A stretch of 31,285 nucleotides of DNA from a virus (lineage: Duplodnaviria; Caudoviricetes), in the IMG/VR virus record IMGVR_UViG_3300016484_001035, positions 1 to 31,285 of that record, one strand, 5' to 3'. The translations under genes and the position numbers were made by a program. The notes under the pieces are model-generated. The model saw only the letters and a list, made by a program, of their open reading frames with translations. It was not told the DNA's origin and ran no database searches. The first letter of the stretch is position 1. Every line of letters starts with the position of its first letter. This document shows positions 24,946 through 31,285 of this stretch, piece by piece.

Positions 24946-25170
24946 GTGACTGCCCGCGAACAGCGCATCGCCACGATCATGGCCGAGCACCTCGTCGACC
25001 AGGCGGAATACCTCCTCCGGCTGATCGAGATGAACGTCCAAATTGATGCTGAGTCCGAGGTCAGTCCAGCGGGCCGAAGCATCCAGTGGCTCGCCGAGAT
25101 GAAGCGTCTCGTGCGGGAGCACACCGATCAGGTCAACCACTACACCGCCCTCTGGGCCGCCGCGAACTGA
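24946..25170 (+). CDS. Hypothetical helical protein (74 aa)
   Basis: GTG start; fills the gap before the transposase. Confidence 0.6.
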   Translation: MTAREQRIATIMAEHLVDQAEYLLRLIEMNVQIDAESEVSPAGRSIQWLAEMKRLVREHTDQVNHYTALWAAAN

Positions 25171-25171
25171 C

Positions 25172-27160
25172 ATGCATTCCGGGTCCGACATCATCATGGC
25201 GGCAGACGCCATGCAGGAGCTGCCAGAGACCGAGCGCATGCGTGCGCTGCGTCTCCACCTGCAGTTCGAGCCGCTCGTCGGCTTGCGCGGGGCCCGGCTC
25301 CAGGAGGCGCTGCTGCGCGTCCAGTGCATGCTCTCGGACCTGCACCTGTCGGTCAAAAGGCTGACGAGCCTCTACTACGCCTGGCTCAAGGTCCGCACCC
25401 CGCACTGCCTGGCGCGCCACTACCGCGGAGTCGGCCCCAAGGTCGAATACCCCGAGGCGTTCCGCGAGCACCTGCTCCAGCTCGTCGGCTCGCGCAAGCG
25501 CCGCGACGCACGGCGGCAGGCCATCCGGGCTCTCCTCGCCGCCTGGTCCGCTGGACACGCTGTGCCTGGCTACGGCACCTGGATGGAGCTCTACGCTCGC
25601 AAGCACGCGGGCCATCCGCTGCCGCCGATCTTCCCGGAGATCTACCCGGCCGGGTGGAGCGAGCGCAGCCTCTACCGCCTGATCGGCGAGCATGACGTCG
25701 AGATCGTGATGGACCAGCGCGGCAGCGCCGCTGCACACGACCTGCTGCCCGGCATCCTGCGCGATGTCGGCGCCCTGCGGTGGATGGAGTTCATAGTCTG
25801 CGACGACTTCCGTCCTGACGTCGAGTGCGTGCACCTGGCCTCTCGTCAGGTCGTGCGCCCCGAGGGCTTGCTCGCTCTGGACCTCGCCACCCGCGAGGTG
25901 CTCGGATTGGGCCTGCAACCCCGGCAGGAGCGCGAGGACGGCACACGTCAAGGTCTCGTCCGCGAAGACCTCCGCGCACTCCTCTACGCCCTGTTCTGCC
26001 GGCATGGGCTGCCGCTGGGCTACCCGGTCACGATCCTCTGCGAAAACGCCTCTGCGGCCATCACGCCGGAGTTCGAGGCCCAGCTGGTCCTTACGTTCAG
26101 CGGCCGCGTGCGCGTCGTGCGCACACTGATGACGACGCACCGCAACCTGCTCTACGGGTTCGGCGAGCGTCACGGTCAGCCCTGGGCGAAGGGCTGGATC
26201 GAGGCGAACTTCCGCAAGCTGCACCTCGAGGCCTCGCACCTCCCCGGGCAGACCGGCCCGCGCTACGATCTCGCTCCGGGCGATCGCGCCGAGCGCGTGG
26301 CCTACACTGAGCGCCTCCTGCGCACGGCTGCCGAGTGGCAGCTCCCGCAGCTGCGCACACCGCTCCCGACGTTCGAGGAGCTGTATCGTGAGCTCGAGTC
26401 AGCGTTCGAACGTCTCGCGCTGCGCACGGACCACGAGCTCCAAGGATTCGAGCAACGCGTCATGGTTCGCCTGGCGCCGCACCTGCCGCCCGTCCCCCGC
26501 GAATCTCTCGCTGAGCTGCCGCCCGGCTCTTACGATCTCACCAAGGCTGAGATCACGACCAGGATGGAAAGCCCTCGTGAGCGCTCGACCCGGCTGCGCG
26601 CCGCCGCACGCATGGAGATCGTCCCGGACTGGGCCGTCCGCACGCTCGCTCTCGCCCCCAAGACGGTCACCGTCCGCGGCCGCAAGATCGAGCTGACGCT
26701 CGATGGCGTGCGCCGCACCTACACTGACCCGGGCTGCGAGGCTCTCCGCGTGGATGGGGCTCACCTCACGGCCTACTACAACCCGCTCGCCCCGACGGAG
26801 CTGCACCTCTGCGACAAGCGCGGCACTTACCTCGCCACGATCCGCGAGCTGGGCCGCGTGGACATCCGCGATGCCGAGGCGATCCGCGCAGCCCAGGAGC
26901 GGACGGCGCATGTGCGCGGCGAAGTCATCAGCGCCGTGCGGGCACGCCACGCCGCCGAGGATGAGCAGTTGCGCCTGATGCGCGCCCACAACGACGCCGT
27001 CCTCAAGCAGAGCCCCGAGAGTGCGCAGCTCCTCGCTGCGGTCGACACCGCCAAGGCCGATGCAGACGAGCGCGCCACCGTGACCGGCCGCGACGTCGCC
27101 AAGGCGATGAGCAAGGCCGCGAAGAAGGCCGACACCGCCAGCTCTGACGACTGGCTCTGA
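25172..27160 (+). CDS. MuA-like transposase (662 aa)
   Basis: Two HTH-like segments (LSVKRLTSLYYAW, GWSERSLYR); RNase H-like core FIVCDD...ILCENAS...GQPWAKGWIEANF; C-terminal beta barrel (VTVRGRKIEL...YYNPLAPTELHL); precedes an AAA+ ATPase. Confidence 0.9.
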   Translation: MHSGSDIIMAADAMQELPETERMRALRLHLQFEPLVGLRGARLQEALLRVQCMLSDLHLSVKRLTSLYYAWLKVRTPHCLARHYRGVGPKVEYPEAFREHLLQLVGSRKRRDARRQAIRALLAAWSAGHAVPGYGTWMELYARKHAGHPLPPIFPEIYPAGWSERSLYRLIGEHDVEIVMDQRGSAAAHDLLPGILRDVGALRWMEFIVCDDFRPDVECVHLASRQVVRPEGLLALDLATREVLGLGLQPRQEREDGTRQGLVREDLRALLYALFCRHGLPLGYPVTILCENASAAITPEFEAQLVLTFSGRVRVVRTLMTTHRNLLYGFGERHGQPWAKGWIEANFRKLHLEASHLPGQTGPRYDLAPGDRAERVAYTERLLRTAAEWQLPQLRTPLPTFEELYRELESAFERLALRTDHELQGFEQRVMVRLAPHLPPVPRESLAELPPGSYDLTKAEITTRMESPRERSTRLRAAARMEIVPDWAVRTLALAPKTVTVRGRKIELTLDGVRRTYTDPGCEALRVDGAHLTAYYNPLAPTELHLCDKRGTYLATIRELGRVDIRDAEAIRAAQERTAHVRGEVISAVRARHAAEDEQLRLMRAHNDAVLKQSPESAQLLAAVDTAKADADERATVTGRDVAKAMSKAAKKADTASSDDWL

Positions 27161-27180
27161 CCATTTCCTCCTGTCCAACC

Positions 27181-28197
27181 ATGAGTAACACCACCCCGAA
27201 GATTGACCTCTCGAAGCTCGGCTACACCGCCGAGGAGGTCGCCACGATCACCGCGCTCGAGCAGCACGCTGCAGAGCTCGGTATGTCCCATGAGGCGTTC
27301 GCCCGCCAACACCTCACGGTGTCCAGCACGACCTGGACCCGCATCCGCCAAGGCAACTACGGAGGCGATCGCGCCGCCGTCTGCACCAAGCTCGCGGTAG
27401 CCCTCAACCAGCTGCGCATCGAGCTCGCTCGACGCAAGCGCATCACCGGCGACAAGCCGTTCCACTGGTTCCCCGAGCAGCTCGCCGTGATGCATGCCAT
27501 CACTGCGGCCCGCACCAAGGGGTTGTCCGACCCGGAACGGCTTGTCCTGGTCGAGGCTCCGATGGGTGGCGGAAAAACCGCTCTCGCCGCGCGGATCCGC
27601 GTCGACCACGACGCCCTGCTCCTCGAGGCCAGCGAGGCCTGGCGCACCGATTACCGCGCCGTCGCCGCGGCGATCGCGCGCGCCGCCGGAGCCAGCCCCG
27701 AGGCTGTCGACAAGCGCTGCTCTGCTGCGGAGGTCGAGCAGACGATGCTCCACGTGCTGCAGGCGCGCCGCCGCGTGCTCGTGATCGACGAGGGCGAATA
27801 CTTCGGGCCGAAGACGACGAACCTCCTCAAGCTGATCCTGAACCGGACGGAGACGGTGATCGTGATGTTCTGCATCCCGGCCCTGCGCGCTCGATGGATG
27901 CGTGCCGCCCAGGAGGAAGCCGCCCAGCTGCTGCGCCGCGCCGTCGTCCTCGACCTCGGCCTCGTCAACCCGACCAGCGTAGCGGAGTTCCTTCGGGACC
28001 TCCCGATCGTTGAAGGAGCCCTCAAGACGTCCTGCGCCGCGATCGCACGGGCCGCCAATGCGTTCGGCGGGTTCTCGACGGTGTGCCGGATCTGCCAGCG
28101 CCTCCAGGACGACGAGCTCGAAACCATCACCGCCGACGACGTCGCCAAGGCGATCGCCATGGTGCAGCACCTGCAGCGCCAGGGAGGGACCAAGTGA
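27181..28197 (+). CDS. MuB-like AAA+ ATPase (338 aa)
   Basis: N-terminal HTH (MSHEAFARQHLTVSSTTWTRI), Walker A APMGGGKT, Walker B LVIDEGE, QLLRR arginine finger. Confidence 0.9.
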   Translation: MSNTTPKIDLSKLGYTAEEVATITALEQHAAELGMSHEAFARQHLTVSSTTWTRIRQGNYGGDRAAVCTKLAVALNQLRIELARRKRITGDKPFHWFPEQLAVMHAITAARTKGLSDPERLVLVEAPMGGGKTALAARIRVDHDALLLEASEAWRTDYRAVAAAIARAAGASPEAVDKRCSAAEVEQTMLHVLQARRRVLVIDEGEYFGPKTTNLLKLILNRTETVIVMFCIPALRARWMRAAQEEAAQLLRRAVVLDLGLVNPTSVAEFLRDLPIVEGALKTSCAAIARAANAFGGFSTVCRICQRLQDDELETITADDVAKAIAMVQHLQRQGGTK

Positions 28198-28733
28198 TGA
28201 GCAAGCCCACTGTCATCGAGATCGAGGTCCGCGGCGACTCAGGCGATAGCTCATCCCGCGCTCGTGTGATGCAGCCCAACCAAAAGTGGGTGCGGCGTAG
28301 CTCTGGAGTCCACATCGCAGCCCGCGATGCAGCGGCTAGTTTTTTCCGAGTTCCAAACTGCTTCGTGGCAGTCTTCCAGAGGTCTGGATCTGCATCGTTT
28401 TTCGCGCGCATCTGCGTGGGCCAAATCACTCCATGGAAGGCGCGCCGGTCTCCCACGGCGATTCTCCAAAACGTCATCCTGATTGAAGAGGGCGATGACG
28501 TAGCCTGCCCGATCGGCATGGTCCATGACGGCGACCTACCGCACCACAAGGCCCGCGGCGACGCACTCGCCACTCTCGTGTGCGCAGCGCCTCGTTATCA
28601 TGGCGCCGTCGCCGCACTGATGTGCTGCGAGATGACTACGCTCGAGTTCCGGAATGCAATGATCGACCTGTTCAATGAGGTTGAAGACGCCTTTGCCAAG
28701 ATCCCGCAGCCCTCGACCGGGGGTGAGTCGTGA
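28197..28733 (+). CDS. Hypothetical protein (178 aa)
   Basis: ATG 28197 in a TGATG overlap with the MuB-like stop; visibly lower GC. Confidence 0.6.
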   Translation: MSKPTVIEIEVRGDSGDSSSRARVMQPNQKWVRRSSGVHIAARDAAASFFRVPNCFVAVFQRSGSASFFARICVGQITPWKARRSPTAILQNVILIEEGDDVACPIGMVHDGDLPHHKARGDALATLVCAAPRYHGAVAALMCCEMTTLEFRNAMIDLFNEVEDAFAKIPQPSTGGES

Positions 28734-29044
28734 GCGACGACTACGACGCGAGGCTGGCCGCCTGGTGCGTGCGCCACAACTTGCGCAATCCTGATACCGG
28801 AGAACATCCCGCTGGGATCTTCCTTAAGCCGGACAGCGAGCTGGATGACGAGTTCACCGAGGAGATCATGGGTTCGCGATTATTCCTCCGCGATTGCGAC
28901 GGGACCATAATTTCCGTCTCGCTCGCAGAGGCAAAACGGCTGCGGAACGAGGTCGGGCAATTTGCCAGCTGGGATCATTTTGACCGGTTGGAAGCTCTAC
29001 GCTCCTACCGAGCCGAGGACATTTCCGACGAGGAGAACCCATGA
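28730..29044 (+). CDS. Hypothetical acidic protein (104 aa)
   Basis: GTGA and ATGA overlaps on both sides. Confidence 0.6.
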   Translation: MSDDYDARLAAWCVRHNLRNPDTGEHPAGIFLKPDSELDDEFTEEIMGSRLFLRDCDGTIISVSLAEAKRLRNEVGQFASWDHFDRLEALRSYRAEDISDEENP

Positions 29045-29313
29045 GTGCTCGTCGCAACTACTTCCGCGTGACGGGAGACCACGCCAAGAAGCTAGAGGTC
29101 GTCCTCAAAGAGCAGAGCCACGGGCTCCTCGATCTCTTCGGAAAGGCCGGAACCGTAACGCTGCGCATGGGAGCTCTCACCGCAGTTAAGGCCTCCGATG
29201 ATTTATTCATCCACGGCCAAAGTCTGAAGTCCACGCACTCGGACCTGAAGCCGATCTCCGAGTATCAATTTCGCCGCGCCATGAAGAAGGCCTTGGAGGG
29301 GGATGCAAAATGA
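29041..29313 (+). CDS. Hypothetical basic protein (90 aa)
   Basis: ATGA overlaps on both sides. Confidence 0.6.
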   Translation: MSARRNYFRVTGDHAKKLEVVLKEQSHGLLDLFGKAGTVTLRMGALTAVKASDDLFIHGQSLKSTHSDLKPISEYQFRRAMKKALEGDAK

Positions 29314-29543
29314 TCACCTGCACCACGATAGCCTGGTATCCGACCACCTCGGAGCCTGAGCCGGGCCATGCCCTTATCCTCGGGGTTCCGAGCATGGAGT
29401 CCGAGCTCGGCATCCTCGGCACCTACACCGAGCGCGACGGCTACTGCAACAGCGATGGGCAGCCACTCCCGGCCCGCTACGTAGTCGCTTGCTGGGCCTA
29501 CTTCCCGGTCATCCCGAGAATCCTGCCCGCCATCTCTAAATAA
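29310..29543 (+). CDS. Hypothetical protein, weakly DUF551-like (77 aa)
   Basis: W.P....PE...LI...VACWAYFP..P pattern. Confidence 0.55.
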   Translation: MITCTTIAWYPTTSEPEPGHALILGVPSMESELGILGTYTERDGYCNSDGQPLPARYVVACWAYFPVIPRILPAISK

Positions 29544-29563
29544 CCCTGTCCCCACTCACTACT

Positions 29564-30097
29564 ATGTCTATCCGCACCAGCAGCGATTCTATCCGCACCA
29601 GCAGCGATTTCGAGGAGGTCATCAACCAACTCGCCCAACTCCAGACCCGGCAGCGCTTGCTCGAAGGCAAGCGCGACCGTGACATCCAGCGCATCCAGGA
29701 GGAGCATAGCCCGAAGATCGAGGAGACGGAGCAGCAAATCGAAAAGCTCCTCGAGGAGGCGTCGGCCTACGCCGAGACCCACCGGGATGAGCTCAGGTTA
29801 ACCGGCGTCCAGGGCGACTCCAAGTCAGCCGAGACGCAGCTCGCCCGCTACGGGTTTCGGATCGGGAACCCGACGGTCAAGGCGCTCAACCGTAAGTGGT
29901 CCGCCTCGGCGATCCTCGAAGCCGTCCGCCGCGTGCTCGGCCGCGAGTATCTGCACGTCGACGAGAAGATCGCCAAGGACAAGCTCCGCACCCTGCCCGC
30001 CGAGAAGCTCGCCGCGGTCGGCCTCCGCGTCGACCAGGACGAGGCGTTCTGGGTGGAGCCGAAGGTCGACGGTGGCGCGGTCGTCAGCACCACCTGA
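29564..30097 (+). CDS. gam: Mu Gam-like host-nuclease inhibitor (177 aa)
   Basis: Long N-terminal coiled-coil, YAETHRDEL, KSAET...YGFRIGNP, GLRVDQDEAFWVEP. Confidence 0.85.
   Translation: MSIRTSSDSIRTSSDFEEVINQLAQLQTRQRLLEGKRDRDIQRIQEEHSPKIEETEQQIEKLLEEASAYAETHRDELRLTGVQGDSKSAETQLARYGFRIGNPTVKALNRKWSASAILEAVRRVLGREYLHVDEKIAKDKLRTLPAEKLAAVGLRVDQDEAFWVEPKVDGGAVVSTT
29567..29608 (+). repeat. Perfect 21-bp tandem duplication (TCTATCCGCACCAGCAGCGAT x2)
   Basis: Directly visible; encodes SIRTSSD twice. Confidence 0.95.
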
Positions 30098-30099
30098 CC

Positions 30100-30324
30100 A
30101 TGCCCCGGTTCCGCGTCACGCTCTGCCACGTCCGTTACGCACACGTCGAGTGTGAGGCGGACGACGCGAAGCACGCGGCCCGGATCGCCGAGGGCCGCGA
30201 GCTGACCCTCTCCGGCCCCGAGACCTACCTTGCGATGAAGTCCGAACCGTTTGCCTGCCGCGTCGAGCAGGCACGGTTTCGGGGCCCGGACGAACCGATT
30301 GAGTGGCAGGAGAAGACGATATGA
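30100..30324 (+). CDS. Hypothetical protein, weakly DpnD/PcfM-like (74 aa)
   Basis: ATG 30100; FRVTL...VECEADDAKHAARIA pattern; ATGA overlap with the next gene. Confidence 0.55.
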   Translation: MPRFRVTLCHVRYAHVECEADDAKHAARIAEGRELTLSGPETYLAMKSEPFACRVEQARFRGPDEPIEWQEKTI

Positions 30325-30905
30325 ACCCCAAGCAGCGCCTCCGATATTTTCAGCTCTGGCAGCTGGCAGCGAACGCCCAGGGCTGGTCGCCGAAAGACGA
30401 GCGCCAGCGCCGTAAGGTCACAGCCGACTGCGTGACCGCGATCCGGTGCCGCACCGTGGACCTGGCCACAGCCTCCACCACGGCGCTCGGCAATGCCGAG
30501 ATCACAGCCCTTTTCGTGTTCCTCGAGCATCTGGCTTCGCCCTCAGATCCGGTCGCGTCAGCCCGGTGGCTGGAGTGCCAGGAGAACTACCTGGACTTCA
30601 ATCTCGCTCGTAACGCCGACCATTTCCAAGCGTCCGCCGGCTACGGCAAAAAGAGCCGGATCAGCCGTCATCGTTTTGGCGGCCGCGGCGCTGCGGGCGC
30701 CGAGGGATTCGAGCCGCAGCTGACCGGCGATAAGCTCAGGCACCGGGTGTGGACGATGGCCAACCGCGCCCGTGCGAAGGCGACCAAGGAGCAGCCGTCA
30801 GAGCCTGCGCAGGTCGATTGCACTGAGCCTGCAAGTGCCCAGCAGCACGCCTGCACAGCTCCTCCTGGCGCCGATCCTGATGGCGAGGGGAACCCCTTCT
30901 TCTGA
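30321..30905 (+). CDS. GemA/gp16-like regulatory protein (194 aa)
   Basis: KQR...GW...DE..RR...STTALGNAEITALF..L pattern and terminal position in the early operon; family call tentative. Confidence 0.5.
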   Translation: MNPKQRLRYFQLWQLAANAQGWSPKDERQRRKVTADCVTAIRCRTVDLATASTTALGNAEITALFVFLEHLASPSDPVASARWLECQENYLDFNLARNADHFQASAGYGKKSRISRHRFGGRGAAGAEGFEPQLTGDKLRHRVWTMANRARAKATKEQPSEPAQVDCTEPASAQQHACTAPPGADPDGEGNPFF

Positions 30906-30911
30906 AACCCA

Positions 30912-30938
30912 GCCCCGGCTTACCACCGGGGCCTTTTT
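30912..30938 (+). terminator. Rho-independent terminator of the early operon
   Basis: GCCCCGG-cttacca-CCGGGGC followed by CTTTTT, starting 7 bp after the last stop codon. Confidence 0.8.
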
Positions 30939-30969
30939 GTGTCCGGTGCCGGCGTCGCGAAGGCCCTCG

Positions 30970-31135
30970 CGTTTTCTCAAACCGTTTGGCAAAAGGCCTG
31001 TTTTACCGGTTTTCGGGCTCGGTTTTCTCAAACCTCTGGCAGACCGCCGCCCCGCTCCGGAACCCGCTGATCTTCAGCATCGTTCAGGCTAATTCGGCTC
31101 CGTTCAGGATTTCCCAGACCTCTTGGCAAGGTTCA
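30970..31135 (-). repeat. Window-right prophage end: three transposase-binding sites, the outermost separated by about 66 bp (resembles Mu L end)
   Basis: Sites at 31110-31135 (with terminal CA), 31021-31043 and 30970-30993, all inverted relative to the left-end sites. Confidence 0.88.
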
Positions 31136-31221
31136 CTAACCCCTTACCCCCAACCCCTTACAACTCTCTCCCCCCACCCGGCACTCGACCTGCATACCGA
31201 AGGCCTCCACTTACCCAATCT

Positions 31222-31285
31222 ATGTCGAAAATCACACCTGTCGGCGACCGCATCCTCGTGAAGCCGGTCGAAGAGAAGGAACAAG
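31222..31285 (+). CDS. groES: Co-chaperonin GroES, 5' part (host gene, truncated by window end)
   Basis: Translates MSKITPVGDRILVKPVEEKEQ, the conserved PxxDRvLV N-terminus of GroES. Confidence 0.9.
   Translation, partial: MSKITPVGDRILVKPVEEKEQ

Larger units (their letters stand above)
1..31135. mobile_element. Mu-like transposable prophage, apparently complete (31,135 bp), divergent early/late organisation, non-contractile tail
   Basis: Starts TG (1-2) and ends CA (31134-31135). The first 26 bp match the reverse complement of 31110-31135 at 19/26 positions. Contains MuA/MuB-like, Gam-like, Mu gp25-29-like, protease I, gp36, gpF, gpG and gp37-like genes. Host groES follows the right end. 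Confidence 0.93.

Noticed and set aside
25133-28170. Long minus-strand ORFs (25133..26239, 26399..27178, 26827..28170)
   Set aside because: Antisense shadows of the transposase and ATPase genes.
31178-31204. CIRCE element upstream of groES
   Set aside because: GGCACTC resembles the left arm, but no GAGTGC right arm follows after 9 bp; a half-match only.

Overview
The window is almost entirely one apparently complete Mu-like transposable prophage (1-31135, TG...CA termini with matching transposase-binding repeats), followed by 86 bp of host DNA and the 5' part of groES. The layout is divergent (B3/BcepMu-like rather than Mu-like). A central control region drives early genes rightward (HTH protein, DUF3102-like, MuA-like transposase, MuB-like ATPase, Gam-like, GemA-like) and accessory, lysis, head and non-contractile tail genes leftward. 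C/A-rich leaders without Shine-Dalgarno sequences and a GYF_2 membrane protein suggest a PVC-group host such as Verrucomicrobiota (inference). The most unusual features are: (i) a genetic switch of two divergent ribbon-helix-helix genes with mirror-image 17-bp operators and apparently leaderless promoters; (ii) an A-(A/V/I/L)-N motif repeated across protease/scaffold, portal, capsid and decoration proteins, a likely maturation cleavage code, one copy lying just behind an N-terminal transmembrane helix on the decoration protein; (iii) two covarying RNA hairpins at the head of the late operon, with no recognisable Mor/C activator; (iv) a D-E-E transposase; (v) a nucleotidyltransferase-like gene inside the head operon; (vi) no recognisable endolysin. 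All family assignments come from motif recognition and gene order by eye; no searches were run.
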